DNA of 63,280 bases from NCBI GenBank assembly GCA_964421995.1, contig CAYQYW010000006.1, forward strand, positions 1-63,280, given 5' to 3'. A program made the translations under genes and the position numbers. This DNA comes from an uncultured Candidatus Saccharibacteria bacterium. Its GTDB lineage: Bacteria > Patescibacteriota > Minisyncoccia > Phycocordibacterales > CAYQYW01. This document shows, piece after piece, positions 1 through 11,776 of this stretch. Position 1 is the stretch's first letter. Each line of letters starts with the position of its first letter. The notes under the pieces are model-generated. The model saw only the letters and a program-made list of their open reading frames with translations, ran no database searches and was not told the DNA's origin.

Positions 1-1451
<1,451 letters not shown>

Positions 1452-1626
1452 GAATGATTTGCTACTCATTTTGTTGAACGAGACAAAAGAGAAAGTGGTA
1501 CTTATCTCCTTTGTTTCTTAATTGTGTGGGATTTAGTTCAAAAAACTAAACTCCGTAAAGGACTTGTCTTGTGATCATATGTTATTTATTTTAAAGAGCA
1601 AAATGCCCCTAGTAGGCACCTCAAGT

Positions 1627-1654
1627 AGTATATATGAAATAAAAATAGCGTCAA
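1627..1654 (-). promoter_or_regulatory. Candidate sigma70-type promoter of the 16S gene
   Basis: The minus strand reads TTGACG (1654-1649), a 16-nt spacer, then TATACT (1632-1627), followed by ACTTGAG. This lies about 180 nt upstream of the 16S 5' end. It is nearly identical to the element upstream of the 23S gene (17103-17130). Confidence 0.5.
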
Positions 1655-1709
1655 TAGGTCCGTTGCTGTATAGCACTGCGCAACATTATTCTGTATACTA
1701 GACACCAAT

Positions 1710-2378
1710 ATGAAAGAAACAATAATGCTATCAGTTGGAGGTTCTCTTATTAACCCGAGCGAGATAGATATTGAGTTCCTCAATAATCTTAAAAACGTAA
1801 TAGACAAACAAGACCGCCGCTTTGTCATTATTGCAGGCGGTGGGAGCGTAGCAAGAAAATATCAAAACGTAGCGAAGAAATTTAATGTGTCTGAAGCAGA
1901 TCTAGACTGGATCGGAATACAGGCAACACGAGTAAATGCGCACCTTGTACGGGCCATGTTTGGTGATGAGGCAGAAATTGAAATCATCATGAACCCAACA
2001 AAAGAAAATGAGTTTACTAAAAAAGTAATTGTATCCGGTGGATGGAAGCCTGGATGGAGTACCGACTATGTTGCAATGCTTCTTGCGAAGAAATTTAATG
2101 TAAAGAAAGTGGTGAACCTAAGCAACATCGACTATATCTATACCGATGATCCGAAAAAGAATCCTGAAGCAAAATCGATAGAACATATAACATGGACAGA
2201 ACTGCGTAAATTAATACCAGAAACATGGACCCCCGGAATGCACGCACCACTTGATCCTAGTGCAGCAAAAGAAGGAGAACAGCTCCAGATAGAAGTAGCT
2301 GCAATCAACGGTGAAAAACTAGAGGAGTTAGAGAATTACCTAAACGATAAAACATTTCTAGGTACAACTATTTCTTAG
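1710..2378 (+). CDS. pyrH: UMP kinase, short archaeal-type (amino-acid kinase fold)
   Basis: 222 aa. Motifs GGGSVARKY, GWKPGWSTDYVA and DYIYTDDPKKNPEA are typical of archaeal-type uridylate kinases. Confidence 0.7.
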   Translation: MKETIMLSVGGSLINPSEIDIEFLNNLKNVIDKQDRRFVIIAGGGSVARKYQNVAKKFNVSEADLDWIGIQATRVNAHLVRAMFGDEAEIEIIMNPTKENEFTKKVIVSGGWKPGWSTDYVAMLLAKKFNVKKVVNLSNIDYIYTDDPKKNPEAKSIEHITWTELRKLIPETWTPGMHAPLDPSAAKEGEQLQIEVAAINGEKLEELENYLNDKTFLGTTIS

Positions 2379-3264
2379 GCTGAATCGCAACCAAAAGAGG
2401 AGCTGCAAGGAATATTGATGAGAAGGTTCCTGCCATTACTCCAGTAAGAAGAACGAGTGCAAAGTTTTCTGTTGCAATAGGACCAATAAAGAATAGCGCG
2501 AGCAGCACAAAAATAGTGGTAAGAGACGTATTCACTGAACGCGTAACTGTCTGCTTGATACTCTTCCCTACGGTAAGCTCAAAGTCCTCACTCTTGTTTG
2601 TTTCTTTGTTAGCTCGTAAGTTTTCTCTTACCCTATCAAATACAACAATTGTATCGTTTACTGAATATCCAAGAATTGCTAGAAGCGCCATCACAAACAG
2701 CACATCAATCTCCGCACCTACGTAGTAGCCAAGAGCAGCAAATATTCCAACCGGAATCAAGATGTCATGAATCAAGGCAACAATTGCAATTACGCCATAC
2801 TTCCATGAAGATACCGGTTCTGACACTTTTCTAAATGCAAATGCCACAAACAGAATAATTGCAAAGACAACAAGGATAAGTGCAACAAATGCCTTATTCC
2901 GCAACTCTGCGCCAATCGTAGGACCAACTTGATTAAACCGTTCTTCGGTAATCAACAGCACTCCATTCTGTGAAAATACATTCAACACCGCTTCATGATT
3001 TTCTACAGTAAGATCTTTTGTTTTTAGAATAAATCCACTATCCCCTATCTCACGAAGAGAGTAGGTTCCCATACCCATCGCATCAAGCTGGTTCGCCAAC
3101 GTTTCTTTTTCTAATCTTTCCTCAGAATAGGAAACTTCAATCAATGATCCTCCCGTAAAATCAATTCCAAACACCAATCCAAAATACAGAACAGATGCAA
3201 TAGAAGCTCCTACAAGAAGTAACCCAAGCCCGAAGAATATTTTTTTGAATTTAACAACAAACAT
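2368..3264 (-). CDS. secF: Protein translocase subunit SecF
   Basis: Multi-TM SecF-type sequence. The ATG at 3264 lies 1 nt after the secD stop. The track ORF starts at an upstream TTG (3276). Confidence 0.85.
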   Translation of the reverse strand: MFVVKFKKIFFGLGLLLVGASIASVLYFGLVFGIDFTGGSLIEVSYSEERLEKETLANQLDAMGMGTYSLREIGDSGFILKTKDLTVENHEAVLNVFSQNGVLLITEERFNQVGPTIGAELRNKAFVALILVVFAIILFVAFAFRKVSEPVSSWKYGVIAIVALIHDILIPVGIFAALGYYVGAEIDVLFVMALLAILGYSVNDTIVVFDRVRENLRANKETNKSEDFELTVGKSIKQTVTRSVNTSLTTIFVLLALFFIGPIATENFALVLLTGVMAGTFSSIFLAAPLLVAIQPKK

Positions 3265-3265
3265 A

Positions 3266-4576
3266 TTATTTACCAAATAAAATTTTAATGAGCTTTCTAT
3301 TTTCCATCTTTGGTAAAGCTAGTAGTAATGTCCTCGTAATGGTAATTGCAGTAATCATACTCACGATCACCCCAAGACCAAAGGTAAGCGCAAATCCTTC
3401 AACAATAGAAGTACCGAACCAGAACAGAATAATTGCCGTAATGATACTTGAGATGTTTCCATCTCTAATCGGCAGCCATGCTCTCTTGAATCCATCTGTT
3501 ACTGATTCATGAATTGACTTACCTTTTGCAATTTCTTCTTTCATTCTTTCAAAGATAAGAATATTAGCATCCACTGCCATACCAACTGAGAGGATCAATC
3601 CCGCAATACCCGCTGAAGTAAGTGTAATCGGTACCAGTTTGAATAATGCAAACATAATTGAGATGTAGATAAGTAGAGAAACAGAAGCAACAACTCCTGA
3701 TATCCGGTACCAAAAAATTAAGAAAATGATGACAGCAATAAATCCTATACCCCCAGCAACGACTCCTTTGCCTAGTGCTTCTTTTCCAAGAGACGCTCCT
3801 ACTGTTTGAGTTCCAAGTAATTCAATTGGTAATGGAAGTGCTCCAAAATTGAGATCACGTACTAACTCTCGTGCTTCCTCTGGGTCAAAGTTTCCAGAGA
3901 TAGTCGCTTGCCCTCCAGTAATCTCCTCACGAATCACCGGAGATGAGATCACTACACCATCAAGGAATATCGCCAACTGCTTGCCAACATTATTTTTTGT
4001 TAATTCTGAAAACACATCCGCACCCTCTTTACTGAACAATAGTAAAATAACTGGTTCGTTTGAGTGACCCGCTCCACCAGAACCAAACTCAAGCTGCGCT
4101 CGCTCAATGTAGCGGCCGGTAAGTGCCGTTTCTACATAATATTCAATCGGAAATGAATCTCCTGTCTCTGATCGTGCTTCTGTTATGTTCACTAATTTAA
4201 ATTCAAGAAGTGGCGTCTTTCCGATTAATGCTACCGCTTCCTCCACGTCGGTAATACCCGGCAACTCTACAATTAGTCTCTCTTCAGCCTCTACTGCAAA
4301 AACGCCGCTCTTTTCTACCTGTACGATTGGCTCTGAAACACCGAAGAGGTTTACTCTTCTCTCAATAACATCTCGTAGTGCTTCCATTGAAGTTCCAACG
4401 TCTATTGGATCAACATTAGAAATGTCAGCCTTATACACCAAATGAGTTCCCCCGATTAAGTCTAATCCGTAATTAAAAGAAAAGGCCGTTTGATTTTTCT
4501 CTGAAGAATATACAAAAAAACCTATCGCAATTCCGATCAGTACTATAGCTAGTGCTAAAAATCTTACCTTTACCAT
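3266..4576 (-). CDS. secD: Protein translocase subunit SecD
   Basis: N-terminal TM helix, large periplasmic domain and C-terminal 6-TM SecD block. I chose the ATG at 4576 (MVKVRFLALAIV) because the longer track ORF overlaps the upstream ABC gene. Confidence 0.85.
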   Translation of the reverse strand: MVKVRFLALAIVLIGIAIGFFVYSSEKNQTAFSFNYGLDLIGGTHLVYKADISNVDPIDVGTSMEALRDVIERRVNLFGVSEPIVQVEKSGVFAVEAEERLIVELPGITDVEEAVALIGKTPLLEFKLVNITEARSETGDSFPIEYYVETALTGRYIERAQLEFGSGGAGHSNEPVILLLFSKEGADVFSELTKNNVGKQLAIFLDGVVISSPVIREEITGGQATISGNFDPEEARELVRDLNFGALPLPIELLGTQTVGASLGKEALGKGVVAGGIGFIAVIIFLIFWYRISGVVASVSLLIYISIMFALFKLVPITLTSAGIAGLILSVGMAVDANILIFERMKEEIAKGKSIHESVTDGFKRAWLPIRDGNISSIITAIILFWFGTSIVEGFALTFGLGVIVSMITAITITRTLLLALPKMENRKLIKILFGK

Positions 4577-4626
4577 AAGTATAGTCAGTATAATTGTTTT
4601 TCTACCAAGTGCAATACAATCCTGTA

Positions 4627-6381
4627 TTAAGCCATAAATCCATGGCTCTGTTGCTTCCACAACCTATAGTACAACCCTTTCTTAGCCAAAAGATCTTCAT
4701 GGGTTCCCTGTTCAGCTATTCCGCCCTTTTCAAACACAACAATACGGTCCATTTTCTGAATAGTACTCAAACGGTGAGCGACAACAAGTGTCGTACGTCC
4801 TTCCATTAAATTATCGAAGGCTCCCTGAATATGACTTTCACTAATTGAGTCTAAAGAGCTTGTTGCTTCGTCAAGAATAAGGATTGGTGCATCTTTCAGC
4901 ATAGCGCGAGCAATTGCAACTCGTTGTCGTTCTCCACCAGATAATTTTACTCCTCGCTCGCCAACAAGCGTCTCATAGCCATTTTTAAACTGCATGATGA
5001 AGTCATGTGCGTGTGCACGTTTAGCAGCTTGTACAATATCGTCTTCACTCGCCCCTTCTTTTGCATATGAAATATTCTCTTGTATTGATCGGTGGAAAAG
5101 AAGTGGTTCCTGCGGTACATAGGATATCTGTGAACGTAAATCATCCTGCGTGATGTGAGAAATATTTTGACCGTCAATTAAAATTTCTCCTTTGTCTACA
5201 TCAGCAAAGCGTAACAATAATTTTGTTACCGTTGTCTTGCCTGCACCAGATGGACCAACAAGACCAACTTTTTCGCCCGCTTTAATAGTTAGTGAAAGAT
5301 CATCAAATACATTTTCGTTTTCTCCATACGAGAAGAAAATATTTTTAATCTCAATCTCTCCTTTACTAATGACACATTTTTCTGGATCAGCTATATCTTT
5401 TACAGAAAGTGGTTCTTCAAAAATATCAACCATCTCTTTTGCGTCGGCAAATGCCGTCATTGCTCTTGTCATGTTACGCCCTATATTCCATACAATACCA
5501 AAAGCAGAAAAAATATATATTTGTATCAGAACAATAGTTCCTGTAGAAATAATACCTTCTGACCACAACACCACAGCGGTATACATGCCAATAAATTCAA
5601 AGGAGATTATAAAATAACCCTGAAAAGCATACTGAATATTTGCAAAATTCCATGATTTTCTGCGGTATTTTTCCTCCTCATTTGTTACCGCTCTAAAATT
5701 CAGAGATTCTTTTTTGCGAGCTGAGAACATTTTAATGTTAAGTATGTTGGTTATAACGTCAGAAAGTACACCAGTTGTTTTTGAATCAGCTTCAGATACT
5801 AGTAAGTCTTTCTTTATTTTTTTCTTAACAAACAAAACGGTGATACCAGCATACACGGCAGTCCACACAAAAAACATAGCTCCGAGAACTGGAGAAAAAT
5901 ATAGTAAAACAGCAATCATTAATGTGAGTTTCAATCCATCCATCCAGAAGTTGAATACAAACTGATCATAAATAACCTCAAGTGCATTTGCATACCGTTT
6001 TACCCGAGAGACAAGTGTTCCCGTAAACGTATTTGAGAAAAAGTTGTACGAGTGATGTTGTAACCTATCGAACGCATCATTGCTGGCATCCCGTAACATT
6101 ACACTTTGAGAATAAGAAAGGGTGAAATCTGCTATTCTAAAAAATGTTGTTTCCATAAATAAAACTATCCCAAGAATTAATACAATAGAAATCAACTCTT
6201 GTTTAGAAGAAACAGGATCCAATGAAGATGAGACTGTATCAATGATTTCTTTGTACAAAAGTGGGGACAATACACTAGCCAGTACAACCGCAAGCCCATA
6301 GAAAATAAAGGTAACCAGAACAGTTACCCAGTACTTTTTTGCATACGCTACATAATATTTAAATATCTTTTTTAAATCCAT
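4627..6381 (-). CDS. ABC exporter, fused permease/ATPase (MsbA-like)
   Basis: 584 aa. N-terminal 6-TM domain, Walker A GPSGAGKTT, signature LSGGERQR and Walker B ILILDEATS. Confidence 0.9.
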   Translation of the reverse strand: MDLKKIFKYYVAYAKKYWVTVLVTFIFYGLAVVLASVLSPLLYKEIIDTVSSSLDPVSSKQELISIVLILGIVLFMETTFFRIADFTLSYSQSVMLRDASNDAFDRLQHHSYNFFSNTFTGTLVSRVKRYANALEVIYDQFVFNFWMDGLKLTLMIAVLLYFSPVLGAMFFVWTAVYAGITVLFVKKKIKKDLLVSEADSKTTGVLSDVITNILNIKMFSARKKESLNFRAVTNEEEKYRRKSWNFANIQYAFQGYFIISFEFIGMYTAVVLWSEGIISTGTIVLIQIYIFSAFGIVWNIGRNMTRAMTAFADAKEMVDIFEEPLSVKDIADPEKCVISKGEIEIKNIFFSYGENENVFDDLSLTIKAGEKVGLVGPSGAGKTTVTKLLLRFADVDKGEILIDGQNISHITQDDLRSQISYVPQEPLLFHRSIQENISYAKEGASEDDIVQAAKRAHAHDFIMQFKNGYETLVGERGVKLSGGERQRVAIARAMLKDAPILILDEATSSLDSISESHIQGAFDNLMEGRTTLVVAHRLSTIQKMDRIVVFEKGGIAEQGTHEDLLAKKGLYYRLWKQQSHGFMA

Positions 6382-6426
6382 AATAAAACCGCCATGTAAG
6401 GCGATCTTACCATGATCCCATATATA

Positions 6427-7221
6427 TTAGGTAATGGCAATACGCAAGTTTTTGAACAAAATAGCAATAGTTATTGGTCCGATTCCGCCAGGAACTGGAG
6501 TAAATATAGAAGCTTTCTCTGCGCATCGTGGGTCCGCGTCTCCTGCAAGTTTTCCTCTATCTTCACTTGTGCCTGCATCAAGAATGATGACGCCCTCTTT
6601 CACCATATCAGGCGTAATAAGTCCCGGAACACCAGCTCCGAGAACTAAAATATCTGCATCTATCGTATCCTCTTTAATAGAGGACTCTCTTCCCAAAACA
6701 ACAATATCAGCTTCTAATCGTTCAAAATAAATAATTGCAGGCTTGCCCACCAGCTCACCTCTTCCGATAATTACCACTTTCTTTCCTTTCACTAGAACTT
6801 GATTCCGATCAAGGATTTCCTTGAAGGCCCCAATCACGGGTGGATACATGGTAGATTCCTGTCGCGCAACATCACCAACAACATCAATGTCTTTCTTCGG
6901 TGGGATTGCATTTCTAATTTGATCAATATCAATATGTTTTGGCAGCGGAAACTGAAAAATAATTCCATCAAACTCATCTTCCTTTTCTTTTATCGATGCT
7001 ACTACATCTTCTGTTGTGGAAGTAGCTGGTAATTTAACCTCAACAACTTTTACTCCAACGTCAGCTGCGAATTTTTTCTTTATCTCAATAAACTTCTCTG
7101 TTGCCATTCGCACGTCATTGGAAACTCCTTCGACAATTTCAAACACACCGAAAACTGGTTCCGTATTGAATACTAGTTCCTCTTTTATTTGAGAGGCTAT
7201 TTCTCTTCCTTTTATAATCAT
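6427..7221 (-). CDS. folD: Bifunctional methylene-THF dehydrogenase/methenyl-THF cyclohydrolase
   Basis: 264 aa. FolD-type blocks GRGELVGKP and TPVPGGIGPIT. Confidence 0.85.
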   Translation of the reverse strand: MIIKGREIASQIKEELVFNTEPVFGVFEIVEGVSNDVRMATEKFIEIKKKFAADVGVKVVEVKLPATSTTEDVVASIKEKEDEFDGIIFQFPLPKHIDIDQIRNAIPPKKDIDVVGDVARQESTMYPPVIGAFKEILDRNQVLVKGKKVVIIGRGELVGKPAIIYFERLEADIVVLGRESSIKEDTIDADILVLGAGVPGLITPDMVKEGVIILDAGTSEDRGKLAGDADPRCAEKASIFTPVPGGIGPITIAILFKNLRIAIT

Positions 7222-7222
7222 G

Positions 7223-8584
7223 TTATTTACCGTCTAATGCTGCTAGAATTTTTATCGTCTTCAACGCAATACTTAAATCTAACAGAAAAGAACGATTTTT
7301 AACATAATACAGGTCATATGAAAGCTTTACCTTGGTTTCAGTAATATCTGTAATGTGATGTGGATGAGCACTATGATAAATCTGGGCCCATCCAGAAAGT
7401 CCTGGTTTTACCACATGACGTATCTTGTAATGAGGAATCTTCGTAGAATACTCTTCAACGGCATTTGGAAGTTCGGGGCGTGGCCCAATCAACGAGAGAG
7501 ATCCTCCGAGAATATTCCACAATTGTGGCAACTCATCAATTCTTGTTTTTCGTAAAAACGCACCAACCTTAGTGACTTCATTTTTTACCTCTCCGGTAGT
7601 CTCCACCCCGCCATCTGCACGCGTCATGGTTCTAAATTTAATTAGGGTGATTGTTTGATTATTCTCTCCAATTCGCTTCTGAGTAAAGAACACCCCCTCA
7701 CCTCCCTCAAGCGTAAGTGCAATCCAAACGAATGGATAGAAAACAAGTGACAGAACCAAAAGCAACGATCCAATAATAATATCTATTGCTCGTTTAAGAA
7801 TACCGTACACACGATCTGTTTCAGTTGAAATATTTTCAATGATCCAATTATATTGAATATGAGCAATGGGAACACGGGAAAATATTGATTCATAGAGCTG
7901 ACTAAAATCAAGAATGGTAAGTTTCGTTGTTAGAAATGATAGATTATAGAACAACGGAAGAAGGAGCTCTAATTCATTACTTTTTGTATTTGCGACAATA
8001 ATTGATACATTGTTTCCGGTAACCGCTTCAAGAACTTCTTTCTGTATATCATTTGCATTAGAAATATTTTTTAGATTAATTGTTTTCACGAACTCAATGT
8101 GACAACTTCTATTTTTATTTACCTCATCCTCAAGTTCCTTCATTTCTTTTCCAGAACCAATGAGTATCGCCTTTTGTCGAGTTTTTGGCCTCAAATATCC
8201 AAAAAGATATAAACGCCATATGGCAATAAGGAGGAAAGATACAACAAGATAAATTACTAAATTAGTCTTTGGAGTAATACCAAAATACGGAACAAAGAAA
8301 AAGAACAGCGCTGCAATTATAACATTTACTGTCTGTACCTTTAGAATCATATCTGACAGTTTTTTTCTGAAAATAATTGTATTTTTGTCATATAGCCCCG
8401 CAATGAAAAAGACACTGATCCATACAGCAAAAAGAAACGAAAATGGTATTATATGGTTATAGAATAGTGTAATATCAGGTAATGAAGCATACCGAATAAC
8501 AAGCGTTATCCATAATGCCAACACAAAAAAGAATATATCGCCAAATAACAGCACTAACGGTTCACGCGTATACGGAAGCTTCAT
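7223..8584 (-). CDS. Polyprenyl-phosphate glycosyl-1-phosphate transferase (bacterial sugar transferase, WbaP-like)
   Basis: 453 aa. N-terminal TM helices plus a C-terminal sugar-transferase block (KRAIDIIIGS...FTQKRIG...DELPQLWNIL...LIGPRPE). Confidence 0.8.
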   Translation of the reverse strand: MKLPYTREPLVLLFGDIFFFVLALWITLVIRYASLPDITLFYNHIIPFSFLFAVWISVFFIAGLYDKNTIIFRKKLSDMILKVQTVNVIIAALFFFFVPYFGITPKTNLVIYLVVSFLLIAIWRLYLFGYLRPKTRQKAILIGSGKEMKELEDEVNKNRSCHIEFVKTINLKNISNANDIQKEVLEAVTGNNVSIIVANTKSNELELLLPLFYNLSFLTTKLTILDFSQLYESIFSRVPIAHIQYNWIIENISTETDRVYGILKRAIDIIIGSLLLVLSLVFYPFVWIALTLEGGEGVFFTQKRIGENNQTITLIKFRTMTRADGGVETTGEVKNEVTKVGAFLRKTRIDELPQLWNILGGSLSLIGPRPELPNAVEEYSTKIPHYKIRHVVKPGLSGWAQIYHSAHPHHITDITETKVKLSYDLYYVKNRSFLLDLSIALKTIKILAALDGK

Positions 8585-8633
8585 AATTATCAGTATACTA
8601 CAACAAAATAAAGAGACTATAAGTTACATTATT

Positions 8634-9665
8634 ATGCCTAAAATACTTTACGTAATAACAAAATCAAACTGGGGTGGAGCACAGAAGTATGTCTATGATA
8701 TGGCTACAAATATGGCTAATTTTGATGTTGTAGTAGCTTTAGGAGGAAACGGAGAACTAAAAAATAAACTGGAGGAAGCAGGAGTGAGAACTATTCATAT
8801 TAATGCCCTAGAAAGAGATATTAATATCTTTAATGAAATATATGTCTTCTTTACATTACTCTCGATATTTAAAAAAGAGAAACCTAATATACTTCATGTA
8901 AATAGTTCAAAAATTGGCGGACTAGGAACGCTTGCAGGCAGAATAACTGGTGTTAAAAACATTATCTTTACCGCACACGGCTGGGCTTTTAAGGATGATC
9001 GATTTTCCACTTTACAACAAATGATTATCAAATTCCTTTCATGGCTTACCGTCCTTTTTTCACACAAAATAATCGTCTTATCTAACTACGAAAGAAATAT
9101 TACTCCAGGAAATAAAAAGAAAGTTCACATAATATACAACGGGATTAAGGATACAAAATATTTAACAAGAGAAGTTGCTCGTAAGAAATTCCCTGATGTT
9201 CCAATAAACACTACGTGGATTGGAGTTATTGCAGAGTTACATAAAAATAAAGGTCTTAATTATTTAACCGGGACTCTTCCAGAAAACCACTCGTTGATCA
9301 TTATTGGAGCGGGAGAAGAAAAAATAACAGGAGATAATGTATATCTTGCCGGAGAAATTAGAGATGCATACAAATACCTAAAGGCATTTGATCTATTTGT
9401 ACTGCCATCAGTTAAAGAGGGGCTCCCTTATGTAATATTTGAAGCAGGACTTGCAGAGCTTCCTGTACTTTCTACGCTTGTCGGCGGAATCCCTGAAATC
9501 ATTACCAAAGATTCTGGCATACTTGTTCCCCCAAAAAACAGTAAGGAGATTAGGAAAAATATACCTCTTCTTACAAAAACCCACGGAGTGAATTTACGAA
9601 AACGTATTTTAGAACACTTTTCTTTTGAAACAATGCTACAAAAAACAAAAGAATTATATTCCTAA
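8634..9665 (+). CDS. Glycosyltransferase family 4 (GT-B)
   Basis: 343 aa. N-terminal WGGAQKY block and C-terminal LPSVKEGLPYVIFEAGLAELPV motif (E-x7-E type). Confidence 0.75.
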   Translation: MPKILYVITKSNWGGAQKYVYDMATNMANFDVVVALGGNGELKNKLEEAGVRTIHINALERDINIFNEIYVFFTLLSIFKKEKPNILHVNSSKIGGLGTLAGRITGVKNIIFTAHGWAFKDDRFSTLQQMIIKFLSWLTVLFSHKIIVLSNYERNITPGNKKKVHIIYNGIKDTKYLTREVARKKFPDVPINTTWIGVIAELHKNKGLNYLTGTLPENHSLIIIGAGEEKITGDNVYLAGEIRDAYKYLKAFDLFVLPSVKEGLPYVIFEAGLAELPVLSTLVGGIPEIITKDSGILVPPKNSKEIRKNIPLLTKTHGVNLRKRILEHFSFETMLQKTKELYS

Positions 9666-10793
9666 AAATTCCCTATCCTCGTCCTCCTTGTGATAACTCT
9701 TGTGGTATTTCCTCATCCCCATTAAAATTCCAAGTCCTGTAAACTCAGCCAATAGATGAGACCCTCCATAGCTCATAAACGGAATAGTGGTACCCGTGAC
9801 TGGAAGTAGGCCAATATTCATTCCAGTATGAATACTAATATGACTGATGAACAGCACAGCAAGTCCTGCACCAAATAAAATTTCAAAATTTGTTTCTCCA
9901 TACATTGCGTTCACGATAATTCTCCATATGACAATACCGTACAACACAAAAAGTAGTAAAATACCAACAAAACCCCACTCTTCAGCAAATGCAGCAAAAA
10001 TAAAGTCTGTCTCATACTCAGGGAGGAACTGTAACTTTGATTGCGTTCCGTAGCCTACTCCTTTTCCAAGCACCTGACCACTCCCTACTGCGATAGTAGA
10101 CTGATAGGCATTGTATCCAGATCCTTGAATATCAGTAAGTGGGTGAATAAAGGTCAAAATACGTTGTTTCTGATAATCCTCAAATGCATAGAACCACATG
10201 CCAAGAGACACCACCGCTCCCATCAAAAACACAAGCAGTAGGTGTTTTTTTGAAATACCAGCTACCAAAAGCATGCCAAGCCAAATTAATAAGATAATGA
10301 TGGCTGATCCAAAATCTGGCTGTAGAAAGATCAAAAGAAATAGAACAAATACGTAGAACCCAGAAACTAAAATATGCCTAATGTGTGCAATTTCAACATG
10401 ACGCCGAGAGAAATATTTAGCTAAAAGTAATATCACGACAAGTTTTGCAAATTCAGCAGGTTGTATGGCAAGAAACCCTAGATCAAATCGACTTCTTGCT
10501 CCAAGTACAACTTCCCCAGTGAGAAATACAATCAAAAGGGCAAGTGCGGTAAAGAGAAATAATGAAATGATTACTGTTGACCTTCGGAGAAACCTAAAAT
10601 CAATAAAGCTAAACAGGAAAAATAGTGTTACACCGAGTGAAATCCACACCAGTTGCTTTTCAAAAAAGGCATTGCTCTCAACAAAAGAGTTCATGGTAAT
10701 TAATCCTGCCCCTGATAGAAGTAACGCAGCAAAAAAAAGGATCCAGTCGATCCTCACTAAATACCTCCCTGCAAATCTCCTTGCAGCATCCAT
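9654..10793 (-). CDS. SEDS-family peptidoglycan polymerase (FtsW/RodA)
   Basis: 379 aa and about 10 TM helices. Conserved blocks QPAEFAKL, PDFGSA, LPEYETDFIFA and PFMSYGGS. Confidence 0.85.
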   Translation of the reverse strand: MDAARRFAGRYLVRIDWILFFAALLLSGAGLITMNSFVESNAFFEKQLVWISLGVTLFFLFSFIDFRFLRRSTVIISLFLFTALALLIVFLTGEVVLGARSRFDLGFLAIQPAEFAKLVVILLLAKYFSRRHVEIAHIRHILVSGFYVFVLFLLIFLQPDFGSAIIILLIWLGMLLVAGISKKHLLLVFLMGAVVSLGMWFYAFEDYQKQRILTFIHPLTDIQGSGYNAYQSTIAVGSGQVLGKGVGYGTQSKLQFLPEYETDFIFAAFAEEWGFVGILLLFVLYGIVIWRIIVNAMYGETNFEILFGAGLAVLFISHISIHTGMNIGLLPVTGTTIPFMSYGGSHLLAEFTGLGILMGMRKYHKSYHKEDEDREFLGI

Positions 10794-10794
10794 A

Positions 10795-11547
10795 CTATCT
10801 CTTTACACTTGGAATGATATCAATCTCTGAAACATCTCTGTCATATGGATTAGGCCAAGTAAATACCAACGGAACAGAAGATCTTCCTTCAATAAATTTA
10901 ATCACCGTTCGTGAACTTGCAATAGCATTTCCTTCTATATCAAAAACTGTCACCACAACAGGCACATCAGTATAATCATCTACTCCATTATTAACCAACA
11001 CTGCATCAATTCTTGGCTTTGTATCTTCTTTGGAAAGAGTAATGCCCTGTACCACAAAATTAGTTTCGTAACCAGTTCGTTCCCACACGGGCTCCCGTCT
11101 GAATTCAAAAATAGTTCGGGCGGGAATTCTTTCTCCGGTGATAAGCCCTGCTTCAAAAACGGGCACAATGCCTTTTGCAGAGATAAAGGTTGATCCTTTT
11201 CGTTCGTAAATTAAAATATTTTCCTTATCAAACACCTTAAACGTATACGGAACATTCCGTGCAATTGCATCAAAATTTGAATTCTCAACGTACGCAACTA
11301 CATTGTACACGCCATCAGTCACATAGAAATGTCTACTCCAGAGTATTTTTAGATCAACAGTGTCTGACTTACAAATCAACTCGCAAGAGCCACCACAGTC
11401 AATTCCTAGCTCCTCTTGATTTTGCTTTTCATCAAAACACGTAGGTTTTTCATAGAAATACAGAAATGAAGGCAGTCCAACTACTAATAGTAGAAAGAGC
11501 CCTACAATGCTTGCATATATGAATCTTCTTCTGTTTGCCCAAGACAT
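10795..11547 (-). CDS. Membrane-anchored hypothetical protein with a Cys-rich stalk
   Basis: 250 aa. One N-terminal TM helix, then CFDEKQNQEELGIDCGGSCELIC followed by a beta-rich region. It starts 1 nt after the SEDS gene stop. Confidence 0.5.
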   Translation of the reverse strand: MSWANRRRFIYASIVGLFLLLVVGLPSFLYFYEKPTCFDEKQNQEELGIDCGGSCELICKSDTVDLKILWSRHFYVTDGVYNVVAYVENSNFDAIARNVPYTFKVFDKENILIYERKGSTFISAKGIVPVFEAGLITGERIPARTIFEFRREPVWERTGYETNFVVQGITLSKEDTKPRIDAVLVNNGVDDYTDVPVVVTVFDIEGNAIASSRTVIKFIEGRSSVPLVFTWPNPYDRDVSEIDIIPSVKR

Positions 11548-11566
11548 GGGTATATTGTAGCAAATT

Positions 11567-11698
11567 TTAATAAGAAACTCCTATTCCACCATTGTAGAAA
11601 TCGAGAACGTCTTCGTAGTTGAGAGTTCGATCATACATCCAAAATTCATCTAGTAAACCGTTGAAATATCTAATGGAAGCTTTTCTTCTTAAACCACT
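11567..11698 (-). pseudogene. Orphan C-terminal fragment of a LamG/ConA-like lectin-domain protein
   Basis: A 43-codon stop-to-stop frame with no upstream start codon: SGLRRKASIRYFNGLLDEFWMYDRTLNYEDVLDFYNGGIGVSY*. The F-x-G-x-[IL]-D-E-h-x-h-Y-[ND]-R-x-L-x-x-x-[ED]-h-x-x-h-Y pattern is the usual last strand and helix of LamG domains. Confidence 0.4.
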
Positions 11699-11730
11699 TT
11701 ACTAGTTGGCACTCCAGAAATTGTTTCAAT

Positions 11731-11758
11731 AGAAAACACCCATCAAAAATGACGGGTG
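11731..11758 (-). terminator. Intrinsic terminator after 5S rRNA
   Basis: Minus-strand RNA folds as CACCCGUCA-UUUU-UGAUGGGUG (9 bp including one G-U), followed by UUUUCUAUU. Confidence 0.7.
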
Positions 11759-11776
11759 TTTCTTATTTTGAAAGCT

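Noticed and set aside
4577-4660. The 28-codon N-terminal extension of secD in the track ORF. Similar TTG-started extensions occur for secF (3276), nusG (48715), the NSS transporter (52834) and dcd (46530).
   Set aside because: The extensions overlap upstream genes or precede the conserved N-termini. Internal ATG codons give canonical protein starts and tight gene junctions.
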